DNA of 61,784 nt from Octopus sinensis. Taxonomy: Eukaryota. The stretch is taken from contig NW_021835237.1 in assembly GCF_006345805.1 (NCBI RefSeq), positions 1 through 61,784 of the forward strand, read 5' to 3'. Made by a program: the position numbers and the translations under genes. This document shows, one piece after another, positions 40,998 to 54,669 of this stretch. The notes below the pieces were generated by a model. The model saw only the letters and a list, made by a program, of their open reading frames with translations. It was not told where the DNA came from and did no database searches. Numbering within the stretch: position 1 is the first letter of the stretch; each line of letters begins with the position of its first letter.

Positions 40998-41950
40998 TAT
41001 TAGAGACAAAACCACTATTTTGCAAAACAAACAAGAAAGACTTAATCATACATAAAATTTTAATAAATAGTCAAAAAAACCGCCACTACAATCGTTTCTT
41101 GTCTTGATCGACAATCTTCAGGTGGACTTCCAATCTAAAAATCAATATTTTAAAATATAAAAATAATAATTTTAAAATAATTAAAGTATGATGAAAAAAT
41201 AAGTATATAATCCATATATAATCCATATATAATCCATATATAATCCATATATAAACAATATATAAACTAAAAAAACCTATCAACAATTAAATATAAACTA
41301 TAAAATATAAAATATAAAATATAAAATATAAAATATAAACAAAACAAAAAATAATAATAATATAATAATAAACTATATATACCCCCATACATATACCTAA
41401 TTATATATAAACCATATCTAACTACATACACTAAATCACACACCTATATATATCCCTATACATACACATAAAAACGTCTAGGCAACTATAAATAAATAAA
41501 ATAGCTAAATACTTCAACACAATACTTATTCATACTCCCACACACACACACATACAACCCACATTCACGCTCTAGAAAACGGACATCACTCAAAACTATG
41601 AACGGAGAAATGGAATAAAGAATTAAAATTATATTCACTTGGTAAAAACGAACACTACTTAAAAATTATGAATGAAACATGCAATAAAACAAACAGACAT
41701 CGCAAATAGACACAAATACTACGAATTCCTTAACAAACCTACCCACCTTTTATCAATTCAACAACGAAAAAATTAAATTATACCATATAGAAAAAAATTA
41801 AATATAAGATGAAAACATATACCAATGATTAAGTAATATGCAAAATAATAAATAAAACGTATATATTTGGTAAAACGACTACAAGTGTTTCGTGGCTATA
41901 TTTAAGAAATGATAAAAGTAAAATCAATTCAATTTAAATATAGCCACTCT
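40990..41950 (-). mobile_element. Non-coding Penelope-like element with two hammerhead motifs
   Basis: Intact motif at 41083-41125; 5'-truncated motif at 41876-41949; 3' end at (TA)n. Confidence 0.7.
41083..41125 (-). ncRNA. Minimal type I hammerhead ribozyme, canonical core
   Basis: CCAC CUGAAGA UUGUC GAUCAA GACAA GAAAC GAUU GUA^GUGG: stem I 4 bp, stem II 5 bp, stem III 2 bp; activity untested. Confidence 0.8.
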
Positions 41951-42189
41951 ATATTTTCCTAACCTTGGGACATGGATTTACATAATACAGAAATGAAGTT
42001 TTTTTAATTGAAATTCTTAATTTTTGTGACTTTCTCATCATTATTATTATAAGACTTTTTAGAAAATTAATTTTCCACCATGTGTAATATTTATTTAAAA
42101 AGATTTTATGGTCAGGTACAAAAGGAATCTTTTCCAATGTTATGCATGTATGCATATATGTATGTATGTATGTATGTACGTACATATGT

Positions 42190-42800
42190 ATGTACATCAC
42201 TGTTCAGTTTTATTTCAAGATTTCTTGCTAATAGAGAAAGAATCGGTTTCTAACCTAGATCCAAGGTTTCTTCATTAGAATTTCAACATCAACAACAGGG
42301 TATTTTTGTTTGTATGTATGGATGTATGGATGTATACCTGCAGATTTGTATGTTTTGTTTTATGTATGTATTCTCATGCATATAGTTGCATATCTAGACA
42401 TATTTAAATGATAAACTTCTAGAAAGTTTTACAGATTTTTACAGTTCCAGTGACATATTGGATCTGTAGTCTTTGAATTAGCTTTTTCCTTTCTGGTTTT
42501 GAAAAGCCTAATTTCTCAAGATTGGTATTTAGGCAATGTGTTACATATCCCAGGGCCCCAATAATTACAGGTATAAACCTGAACTTGTAATCTGGATCGA
42601 GTAACTGCAGATTTCTCAATAGTCCAGCATCGGTGTTCTCTTTTCTACTGACCTTCAGTTTTTGTTAACTAATTTCCACAACTGTACGCAGTTTCTCTTC
42701 TCTATCCCAAATCATTATATCATGTCTGTTGGTTCTTTACTTACTTTGGTAGAGAATACTCTCTCCTCGAGAAAGTACTTCAAAGCCAAAGTTATTTTTT
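42190..42800 (-). mobile_element. 3' remnant of an RLE-endonuclease non-LTR retrotransposon (R4/Dong/NeSL-like)
   Basis: YKFRFIPVIIGALG..LEKLGF..LIQRLQIQYVTGTVKICKTF; 3' end joins (TACA)n. Confidence 0.75.
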
Positions 42801-43204
42801 CTCGGAAAATTTCGGTAAGGGCAGATTTCACTGATATATAATTCTGACTACTACTACTACTACATTAATCGTTGTGGTTGTACTTGCTATTTACCATAGT
42901 CATAGTAGGGGGTCAATGGTCAATTACTTGAGCCAGTAATGTAGTTTGGCTGGGAAGTACTATGGAATCTACTGGAATGTCGCTAGCTCTGAAAACATAT
43001 GGTGGCTTTATATCATTCCCGTTTTCATTTTTGTTTATAGAGTTGGGAAGAAGGTTAATTTTCGATTTTTTAATAAAGTTACAGTTACTAACCTTCTTCT
43101 TATGTTCTACAAATGTTGCCTGTCAGCGTAGTTGCTTGGCAGTAAAATGATTTAATTCTGGATGCAGATTGTCCCAATATGATTTCGATTGATTTGTATA
43201 GCCA

Positions 43205-43325
43205 ACACTGCCAGATCTGACTGGGCCTGATGCAGCCTTCTGGCTTCACAGACCCCAGTTGAACCGTCCAACCCATGCTAGCATGGAAAGCGGACGCTAA
43301 ACGATGATGATGATGATGATGATGA
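43205..43325 (+). mobile_element. RTE 3' tail fragment; another at 43765-43965
   Basis: Conserved tail with (GAT)n. Confidence 0.8.
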
Positions 43326-44329
43326 ATATAAATTGGACATGGGCGATCGTTCTATTCTTTCTTGTCTTGAGGTTCGCAGCCAAACGGCTGGGTGGATTTG
43401 CATGAAAAATAGTACACATGTGCAGACAGGTGCATAGATTGGAATGCAGCTTGTATTTTTTTCCTAACCTTCATACTTACTGAGAAAATTGATTAAAAAT
43501 TTTCTATTGGAATTTCCCTCTTTCTTCTGCCATTAAAACAACCAGTTGCTTAGAAGCTGTTTTCTGATGGGGTGGGGTCAGGAAATTTTCGTATAGTTCG
43601 AGGCTCCAATCGAAACAGGAGACCCAAAATGATAAGGTTGACAAACGCTGTTATAGATTATGCCTAACCAAAAACGATCACAGCCACATCATCCAAATAG
43701 ACCGGGTGAAACTGGGCTTAGCTGCTCGTATATATATATATATATATATATATAAATATATGCTGGTTCCTGTACCAGTGGCATGTAAAAAGCACCCACT
43801 ACACTTTAGAAGTGGTTGGTGTTAGGAAGGGCATCCAGCTGTAGAAAACTTGTCAGATCAAGATTGGAGCCTGGTTCAGCCTTCTGGCTTGCTAGTCCTC
43901 AGTCAAACCATCCAACCGATGCCAGCATGAAAAGCAGACGTTAAATGATGATGATGATGATGATACACACACAAACACACACACACATATGGCCACACAC
44001 ACACACGTATAGCCACACACGCACACACACACACACACATGTATATATATATATAGATGATGACAGTGATGATGATGATGATGATGGGAGTGAAAATGAT
44101 GATGATGGTGATGAGAAATGATGAAATTCACCAATTGTTCATTTGTTGTTCTTAACTAAATAACTTGGTTTCATGACTAAAAACATTTTTGTTACTTTTT
44201 CTCTTCTGACCTCTACAGATTTAGAAGCAGCAAAATTCTAACTAATTGTAAAAAGTCACAAGAAAAGAGGGACAAGAATTTGTTGAGGAATATCATCATC
44301 ATTGTCGGCTTTATATCATATTCGAAAAT

Positions 44330-44800
44330 TTATTTTCTTCTTTACTGAACACTTCCTTCATGGTGATGATGTTGATGACTCTGTAGACCAATTCTTGCAT
44401 AGAATTCTTGCATGGCAATGTTGGTGGAGGATGACGTTGATATTGTCAAGCCTTTGTCTCTCCCTTTTCTCTTCTGGTGGCTTTGAAGGTTTTGGTTTCC
44501 GATGGTGATAGAACGGTGCCACTTGGTACAGTCTCAGGCTTGTATTTCAAATGATTTGGGTTCAATTCCAATGGCTTTTAGTGTTGCTTTGAGTTTGTCC
44601 TTGTATCTTCAAACAGAACAACCTCATGGTATTTTACCTGAAGTGAGACCACTGAATAAGCCTTGACATGGGAAACTTGACTCTTCCATTCTTGCTACAT
44701 GTCCTTACCATCAAAGACAGTGTTTTATGATCAGCAATTTGATATTTTGACTGTTGGCGGCTCTTTCCAGAGCTTAGTTCTTGGTCGCATAGTGTTCTCA
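44330..44800 (-). mobile_element. 3' remnant of a second RTE lineage (RTE-1/BovB-like)
   Basis: RYKDKLKATLKAIGIEPKSFEIQA*DCTKWHRSI and ARIGLQSH. Confidence 0.8.
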
Positions 44801-45604
44801 TTTGAAGCTCAAGATTGAACGAATAAAATTAGGAAAAAAGCAAGAAATAACAACAATAAGTAAGTATGGTTATAGGCTTTAATAAAACAATTCTTCCAAT
44901 ATTAAACAATATTGATTTTTTTTCATAGTTTTAGATGAAAATTCTTATAAAGAAAAATTCCCAAACATATTATGTAAGGATCCAAATAACAGGTGAATAC
45001 TGAAAAATTTAATCATTTTATAAAGTCCCTCCAAAATTTTGATTATTTTAAAAAATTAATTGGAATATGTAGATACGAATTTTATTAGAATATGGTTTAG
45101 AAAATGATTAATCGTTTAGCATGAAATTCTGATTACCAGGAAAAAACTGAAAAGTACACATATTGATTATATTTTTGATGAAGAAATCTTTCAAACTGAT
45201 AAAAAATATTTGTGTTGAGATTTTTAAAATTTTATAAGAGACGAGATGAAAAACAAATTAAGCGTTGCATTTCAAAATTTTAACCATGATTGCTATAGTA
45301 CATGTAACCTTTCATTCTGGTATTTGTTAAGAATTTTGCCAACTGGTATAAAGGAAGTACTCAGCCTTTCATTCCGGAAATTCTAAAGAAAGCTCAAGTA
45401 TAAAAAATATAAATAAATAAAAAAATTTTTTAAATACACAATCATATTTTTTTTATTTTGGGGATTTTTCTCTGAAAAGTTGAAAAATTTATGAAGTAGA
45501 AAATAATTTGATAGCAAAATGCTTATTTTAGGTATTTTTAAACTATTGTAGTCAATAAAGTATCAAAGTGGATCGCACAATTTTTAAGGGCTTCTGTTAA
45601 TTAG

Positions 45605-45688
45605 CAATTGCCAGAGGAAATTCTTGGTGAAGAAAAATGTCGTGCCCGGATAAGTCCATGCTCAGCTTTGCCAAATTGTTTCTCAGAG
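45605..45688 (+). CDS. Isolated exon candidate (QLPEEILGEEKCRARISPCSALPNCFSE)
   Basis: TTAG acceptor, GAG|GTAATT donor, only open frame; not phase-linked to neighbours. Confidence 0.25.
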
Positions 45689-45817
45689 GTAATTCAGCAT
45701 GCATCTGAAGACTTGCTCCCAAACTCTGCTTTCTTTCAAATTCTGTGTTGTCATTTTTTTCTTTTTTCCTTTCTTTAACACTGAAACATAATAATAATAA
45801 TAATGATGATGGTGATA

Positions 45818-45874
<57 letters not shown>

Positions 45875-45876
<2 letters not shown>

Positions 45877-46425
45877 GCCCTGATGCAGTACCAGACAGTG
45901 GCTCTCATGGCTTCTCATCTTAACTGATTGAAAGTGTTATCATGTACATTGATTTGTCTTGGTATAAAAGATGGGCTACAGCAAATATTCTGCTCAATAC
46001 CACAGATTTGCTTGTCAGTTGTTTGACCTTAACCAGTTGAGCATGTCCCTTAGTGGCTGACGATATGTGCATCTCTGATCACGAGCAGAAGTAGTGGGGG
46101 AGCATCATAGCCATGTGCTGAGAGGCATTCTTTGGGGTTTCTCTGGAAACATGGGTGTTTCGTTCAACATCCTTAAACAACCCTTATTCAGGGACCGTTT
46201 GAGCGGGATGGGTTACTCGACCAGAAGGAAATCCTAACTGGGCCCCACCCGCAAGGTCATGTGCTGTTTATCTTGATATGAGGGCACAAATTCATACATA
46301 TGGCTGTGATGCATGTGCTTGGTGTGCTCTTATCAGACCGGTAGTCATGATGGATATATTGGGTTTTGTGTATTTGTAGCCCAATGTCACTTTGATGGTA
46401 TGCATTGCTCTTTCACTCAAAAATA
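45875..46425. mobile_element. Unclassified interspersed element flanked by (TAA)n on both sides
   Basis: Complex-sequence block between TAA tracts; family not recognised. Confidence 0.4.
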
Positions 46426-46673
46426 ATAATAATAATACTAATATTTTAATCTGTAAGCTTTATCAAAAATACTTTTAAATGTATATATAATAGCTAACAC
46501 CTTTTATTGCCATCTTAAGATCACACTATTATCTTAGCATCGTCATCATCATCATCATCATATCATCATCATCATCACCATCGTCCTATCATCATCATCA
46601 TTATCATCATCGTCATCATCTTTATCATCATTGTCATCATCATCATCGTCATCATTATCACCATCACCCCAAT

Positions 46674-46704
<31 letters not shown>

Positions 46705-47094
46705 CTATCACCCCATCATCATCATTATCGTCATCATCTTTATCATCATCTTTATCATCATTGTCATCATCATGATCATCATCATCGTCATCATCTTTAT
46801 CATCACCATCACCCCATCATCATCATCATCATCATCAGCATCATCTTTATCATCATTGTCATTGTCATCATCATCATCATCGTCATCATTGTCACCACCA
46901 CCACCACCATCACAACCATCATAATCATCATGATCATCATCATCGTCATTCACCATCCATTTTTCCATGCTTGCATGGGTTGGACAGCATATATATTAAT
47001 ATTAATATTAATATTAATATTAGATTATTGCATCCGTATTGAACAAACCGAGTCAATCCTTTCTTTTCATTTGATGCTCTCTGGTCACAAATAG

Positions 47095-47215
47095 CTGTTC
47101 ATGACAGATGTTATGTGTGCACAGAAATTGATCCAACTAAAGTGAAACTTCATCATGAGAAAAATTCTTCAAAGAAACTACTGCAAGAATTTATCTTACA
47201 GAATTGTGCACACCA
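47095..47215 (+). CDS. Exon candidate (VHDRCYVCTEIDPTKVKLHHEKNSSKKLLQEFILQNCAH)
   Basis: Pyrimidine-rich acceptor, 39 open codons, GTAATT donor; phase fits 49133. Confidence 0.25.
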
Positions 47216-47369
47216 GTAATTATTGTACCATTTTGCATGCTGCTCTGCATTGAAATGATGCAGTCGGTGTGATATATTTTGCAGTAGTGGAAATTATTTT
47301 TGATCCCTTTAGCATCCAGATTGATTTATTAAATGTAATTCTTAGTTATTCTTTTATTCTTTTATTCTT

Positions 47370-47624
47370 TTACTTGTTTCAGTCACTTGATTGTGGCTTT
47401 GCTGGAGCACTGCCTTAAAGGGTTTTGGTTGAAGAAATCGACACCCAGGACTTATTCTTTGTAAGCCTAATACTTATTCTATTGTTTTTTTTAGCTGAAC
47501 TGCTAAGTTACAGAAGATGTAAACATGCCAGCATCAGTTGTCATATGATGGTGAGATACACAGACACACACATGCACACACATAAATAAATACATATATG
47601 TATGTATATATATAAATATATATA

Positions 47625-47675
<51 letters not shown>

Positions 47676-47683
47676 TATATATG

Positions 47684-47719
<36 letters not shown>

Positions 47720-47777
47720 ATATATATAATATATATATATGTATATATATAAATATATATATATATATATTTTATAC

Positions 47778-47811
<34 letters not shown>

Positions 47812-47841
47812 ATATATATAATATATATATATATTTTATAC

Positions 47842-47895
<54 letters not shown>

Positions 47896-48210
47896 ATTTA
47901 TATATATACATACATATATGTATTTATTTATGTGTGTGCATGTGTGTGTCTGTGTATCTCACCATCATATGACAACTGATGCTGGCATGTTTACATCTTG
48001 TATTTCACACATATACATGTATGTATGCATTATATATATATATATGATGGGCTTCTTTCAGTTTCCGTCTACCAAATCCACTCACAAGGCTTTGGTTGGT
48101 CCATGGCTGCAATAGAAGACACTTGCTCAAGGTGCCATGCAGTGGGACTGAACCCAGAACCATGTGGTTAGGCAGCAAGCTCCTTACCACACAGTCATGC
48201 CTGCACCTAT
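47370..48210 (-). mobile_element. S1 SINE split by expanded (TA)n with inverted duplication
   Basis: Head at 48050-48210, 3' body at 47370-47575, inverted copy of the body at 47909-47997. Confidence 0.75.
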
Positions 48211-48244
48211 GTCAGTCTATATTTCAAATACTAAATTTTTCCAT

Positions 48245-48740
48245 ACATCATCATCATCATCATCATCATCGTTTAACATTTGTTTTCCATGCTGGCATGG
48301 GTTGGACGATTCGACAGGAGCTGACCAGCTGAAGGGCAGTTTAAGTTCCATGTCTGTTTTGGCATGGTTTCTATAGCTGGATGCCTTTCCTAATGTCAAC
48401 CACGTTACAGAGTGTACTGGGTGCTTTTACACGGCTCTAGCACAGGGGCTTTTTATGTGGCACCAGCATGTGCGAACCCACAAGATTAGGGATGCTCCGC
48501 TGGAGAGGGTTGCAGGGGGTGAGCCTGAATGCAAGGGCAACCACGTTTTTACTTAGCTTGACGTGTCTATTCAAGCACAGCAAACTGCCAAGAGTCTTGG
48601 CCACTTGTCATCCCCTCTGAGAGCCCCAACATCTGTAGATCCTTTCTCATCCCTTAGTCCCACATCTTCCTGGGTCTACCCTTTCCACATGTTCCCTCTA
48701 CTATTAAAGACCAACGCTTCTTCATACAACCATCTTCGTT
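48245..48740 (-). mobile_element. RTE 3' end including decayed ORF terminus
   Basis: Conserved tail; upstream sequence resembles 30900-31100. Confidence 0.7.
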
Positions 48741-49132
48741 AGTGCATATTTTAAGTTACCAATTCCTTGTTTTGCCTCAATTTCACCAGTTATTAATGAT
48801 TTGGAGGCATTAGGAAAATGAAAACAAGTAATTTACAAAACTTAATTAATTTACACCAGTTAAATAAAATCTTTGTAATGTTAATTGCACTTGATTTAAA
48901 TCAAATCATTAATTAAATCTATAACATCGATGCAATTAATAAGAAATTAACAATAAAACTCTGAGTAAGTGATAATGATAAGTCATTGTACTCTTAATAA
49001 GTCATCAATTGGTGGAGTTTGTAGAAGCATTGTCAGAATGCTTTTTCTGATATCTATTCTGAATCGCTACAGTTTGAGTTCAATTCTAACAGCGGTCAAC
49101 ATTCATGTTTTTTTTTTTTCCGGTCATTTCAG

Positions 49133-49241
49133 GATTGATGCAGAAATACTGATTCCTGGTTGTGGATTGGTAGAACTGCAAGAATATCAAAACAAAAAGC
49201 TTTGTGATACTTGTTTTGGCTCTTTGCGCTCTCACTGCTAA
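49133..49241 (+). CDS. Terminal exon candidate (IDAEILIPGCGLVELQEYQNKKLCDTCFGSLRSHC*)
   Basis: Strong poly-T..TTTCAG acceptor; no homolog recognised. Confidence 0.2.
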
Positions 49242-49527
49242 TCCTATCATAGCCTGCTTGATTGGTAGATTTAACACATTAGCATTTAGTTTGCTCTGTC
49301 AAATACAATGCTTGCTAATCCACATTGTTTTGGAGTTAATCATGCATTATCCTGTAGCTTCAACATTTTGATGATGCAACTGTTTCTTCTCAGAATGACA
49401 TTGTAGAGTAGGTGTGAGAAGCTAAATCTGGCCAGTTTGAGGGAACAAATACATACATACATACATACATACATACATACATACATACATACATACATAC
49501 ATACATGCATACATACATACATATATA

Positions 49528-49563
<36 letters not shown>

Positions 49564-50630
49564 TGTATGCATGTATGTATGTATGTATTTGTTCCCTCAT
49601 CATCACTTGACAACCGATGTTGATGTGTTTACGCCCCTGTAACTTAGCAGTTCAGCAAAAGGAACCGATAGAATATGTACCAGGTTTAAGAAAAATGTAC
49701 TGGGGGTCAATTCATTCGACTTGAAAATTCTTTAAGCTGGTGCCCCTGCATGGCCACGGTCTAATGACTCTAACAAGTACAAAAAAGGGAGCATCTATCT
49801 GTTTGTCTTTATCTTTCACTTGTTTCAGTCATTAGAATGTGGCCATACTAGGGCACTGCCTTGAGTCTTATTCTATTGGTCTCTCTTGCCAAACTGCTAA
49901 GTTATGGGAACATAAACAAACCAACACCAGTTGTCAAGCATTGTCAAGCCACATGGTTTGGGGACCATTCCCATTGTGCAACACCTTGAGCAAGTGTTGT
50001 CTTACTATAGCCTAAGGCCGATCTAAGTCTTCTGAGTGGATTTGGTAGATGGAAACTGTGTGAAAACAGATGCTAAATGATGATGATGATGATACACACA
50101 CACACACACACACACACATATAGTTACTGGTTGACATTAATAAGGCACTAGAGTGTTTATTATTCCAGTTAAAGTTGCTTTAAATGACAAAATCTTGACA
50201 GGAGGGGAAATGATATCCATTTTAAGAGCAGTTATAAGCATGAGGGTTCACATAAAATGCATAGCTTTCTTTAATTAGAGCTTTGGTGATAGATGTATGA
50301 TAACGCTATTGAAGAATTTGGTATATGTTTAACCCTTCAGGGTTAAAAGTGTCTACATCTGATCCAAATATTCTACTCATTTCACATGTTAAAACTGGCC
50401 AGATCTTATCTCTCCCACTTACCCCACGATGTCATTCTAAAAATAAACAATCACATCATCGGAATCTGGAAACTACAGGATAATGCATGATTAATCCCAG
50501 ACAATGTGAATAAATAAGCAATTCATTTCATAGAGTAATCTGAATGCTAAAAAGGTTAAACCAGCAGATGACTTCCAGAGTATAATACTATAATGGAAGA
50601 CTTAATCTGTCTTCCTCACTTTCACCCAAT

Positions 50631-50673
<43 letters not shown>

Positions 50674-51458
50674 ACACACACACACACACCACACAGAGGC
50701 TCACAGATATAAACAGACATATATACAGATACATGAATGACTGTCACTTGCATATAAATGGCTGTGTTGCGTTTATTTGGTTGCAATCATCATAACTTTG
50801 ATTTTAGTGTGAATGGAAATGTTTTTCACACTCAAAAGACTTTGTTACTCTAACAAGCAAAGAACTGGCAAAATTACAAGACTGTGGGGTTTATTGGCTA
50901 TTTCCAACCAATCAGAACTGTTATGTTTGGCATAATAATATTTCTTTGAACTTATTTCTACAAAGATTCAGAAAATATTAAAATAAGCATTATTCTCCTT
51001 CTTCAAAGTTTTTCCTAATTCCTTCCTGCAACACATCGTCGTTTCTTGGTTGTGTTTTATTTAAATAACAATTTGAATAACTTCTTACTGTAACAAAATG
51101 AATGAAAAGGGAAATGGCCATCTGATGAGTAGTCAATGAACTGTGAAAAATGTCAGGAAAAATGTTCCTTTATTTTACCGTGTGCGATAGAAATTGTAAC
51201 ATATGTTCACATCTGTTTTTGAAGATTCACAGCAGTAAAAGGCTCAAAATTTGTAACCAACCTAATCTAAATTTATTTTGAAATGTCTAACACATGCAGT
51301 GTGGTGCATAAATATTTATTAACGTTTATGTATGTATGTGTGCATATATGTGTGGTCTGTGTATAAATATATATATATATATACATACATATACTTAGAT
51401 AACTTAGATATGTTTCGACCAAAGATTGGTCCAGGCCATGTCTAACTTAATAGCACCA

Positions 51459-51495
<37 letters not shown>

Positions 51496-51568
51496 AACAT
51501 ATATATATACATACATACAAACATATATATACATATATATATACATATACATACATACATATATATAT

Positions 51569-51601
<33 letters not shown>

Positions 51602-52546
51602 CACACACACAGAGTAATCTTTCTATATTCTATAAAGACTGGAAAATTGCAACATTGCCTGTATGATGGTGATGTGCATTTATTTGTTAAGACAAGACTG
51701 GGGGACACACAGACACACAGACACAGAGTTTAACTACAAATATATATGATTAGGAAACTTTTCGAGTGAGTGGTTCAGGGTTCAATCCTGTTGTGTGGCA
51801 CCTTGATCAAAAGCCTTCTGCTATAATACCTGGATGATCAACATCTTGTGGGTGGATTTGGTTGATGGAAACTGACAGAGACAGACAGATTGATAGATAG
51901 GTACATGAATGAATGAATGGATGGATAGCTGGGTCGTCATTGTCATCACCACCGTCACCATTGCAAACTATCCACTCGTCCATATTTGCATGGATGAGAC
52001 AATATTTGCTGTGGCAGATTTTCTATGGTTGGATGCTCCTCCTGTCACCAACATTCGCCTGCATTTCAAGCAAACTAATATATTCCCATTATCGGACATG
52101 TTTTCAGGTAAGATTGGAAATGAACAACACTGCTGGTATGATGGTGATGTTCGTTTACATCTGTTACGTGATGTCAAGTCAGAGACACTAACCCCCCGAC
52201 ACACACACACCTTCACAGAAAAAGTACCAGGGTACATTTTCTCTGCGGAGCAGTCAGCAAACCATGAAATAATTCACCAGGAAACTTCTACCCTCTGTTT
52301 TCTATGCATTTCTTGTAAAGAATGTGTTGGTATTCTTATTTATATTTAACCCACAGTGAAGCTCAGTGACATTTCTAACATTTCCAGTTAGTGGTTATAA
52401 TGTATAATACTATTTCATTCTTTTTTAAAATTTTCAGCATAATTTCATCTGTAAGTTATTAATTAGGTATAAATAATGAAGAGAAATATTTTATTGGAAT
52501 TTATGATGATATTGAAAATAATGATATAAATATATTAATATATATG

Positions 52547-52594
<48 letters not shown>

Positions 52595-52889
52595 TCATTA
52601 TCATCATCACCATCATTTAACATCCATTTTTTAATGCTGGCATGAGTTGGATGGTTTGACCAGAGCTGGCAAGCTGGAGAGCTGGAGAACTGCACCAGAC
52701 TCCAGTCTGGTTTGGGATTGCTTCCACACCTGGATGCCCTTCATAATGCCAACCACTTCTGTACAGAATGTACTGGACGCTTTTACATGGCACCACATGC
52801 ATGCTTTTTATGTGGCAGAGGTACAGGACTCTTACAGGCCAATTATATATATATATATACATATGCACATGCATACATACATACATACA

Positions 52890-52925
<36 letters not shown>

Positions 52926-53404
52926 TGTAATATATATATATATATATATATATATATCTATATATATATATATATATATATGGGGGAGGTGTATATGTGT
53001 ATGTATATATCTGTAATAATGATATGTTTATTACTAATATAATAATATTTTTATATTTATATACATACAAATATGATATATGAACAACATGGAATCAATC
53101 ACTCTCGAATGAAATGATGTATTGATTTATTGATCAATTCCCTTTGATGCTCTTCCAAATCATGCAATGGTTGCAGAGATATAACATAAAGACCCAAACT
53201 GATTGAAAAAAGCAACTTTCTTTAACATGTTTCATATTTGTATACGTATTTGAATCAAACACATAAACATCTACATCATACATACATACATATACATACA
53301 TAGGCATACATATGTATATATATATATATGTCTATATATGTCTATATGTTTATATGTATATATGTTTATATGTTTATATGTATATATGTATATATGTATA
53401 TATA

Positions 53405-53454
<50 letters not shown>

Positions 53455-53537
53455 ACATATATATATATGTATATATGTATTTATATATGCTTATATGTAT
53501 ATATATGTATATGTGTGTATATATATATATGTATATA

Positions 53538-53570
<33 letters not shown>

Positions 53571-53654
53571 ATATATATATGTTTATATATATTTAATTCT
53601 ATTTGTTAGGGAATAAAAATTCCGGCATAACAGGTCTTCAAATTATTCTCAATG

Positions 53655-54000
53655 AGGAAATATATATTTTTTCATTTAGAGATTGTAGGCCCCTTCATCC
53701 CACCATATAAAAGAATTTTAATTTAATTTCATACTTACTAATATCTCGGCTACACGTGTTTCCTGAGGTTCATTTCCTGGTTCCTTAACCACGCCATGTT
53801 TTGCTGGAACCTTTCTTAAAATGTAACCCGAATCGTCAGGTCTCCACATGACTTTATCATAGTTTGATACTAAAAACTATGTGAACCTCAAGAAACACGT
53901 GTAGCCGAAATATAAGTAGTAAATATGAAATAAAATTAAAATTCTTTTATATGGTGGGATGAAGGGGACTACTATCTCTAAATGAAAAAAATATATGTTT
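53655..54000. repeat. Fold-back, arms about 120 bp (53655-53775 / 53880-54000)
   Basis: CCCCTTCATCCCACCATATAAAAGAATT..GGCTACACGTGTTTC and its reverse complement. Confidence 0.85.
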
Positions 54001-54069
54001 ACATATATATATGAATGAATGTGTGTGTGTATGCATGTATGCAAATATATATGTATGTGTGTGTATATA

Positions 54070-54669
54070 TATACATCCACTTGTTTTCAATAATAGAAAT
54101 ATTAAAATTACTAAGTCTCTCTAAAAGGAGATTACGGCAGCGTTACTGGAAATAAATAGTTATCGCCATACTAATATGGCAGTCTTATAAATATAAGACT
54201 AAAGCTGTCGCTGATTAGCTCCAAGAGGCCGCCGCCTATAGCTAGCTATTTGACACACAACCTGCATCCATTCGAACCTGCAGACTTAGTAATTTTAATA
54301 TTTCTATTATTGAAAACAAGTGGATGTATTCCACTGTAACTAGGTAAATTCTTCGAACAGAGGCGGTCAGTAGCGACACCTGCGGGTCTGACTACGCTGC
54401 ATTGATAAGGGGCAACAACTCTGAAACATGTCTGCAGCTGTCTGACTAGCAGGATGAAGCGGCTGACCTCCCCTGTTCGAAGGTTTGTAATGGACGCAGG
54501 TTCGTGAGTCATATAGCTAGCTAGAGGCGGCGGCCTCTTGGAGCTTATTAGCAACAGCTTTAGTCTTATATTTATAAGACTGCCATATTAGTATGGCGAT
54601 AACTATTAATTTCCAGTAACGCTGCCGTAATCTCCTTTTAGAGAGACTTAGTAATTTTAATATTTCTAT

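Noticed and set aside
49133-49170. ILIPGCG as a methyltransferase motif I
   Set aside because: A stop follows within 30 codons and no downstream motifs are present.
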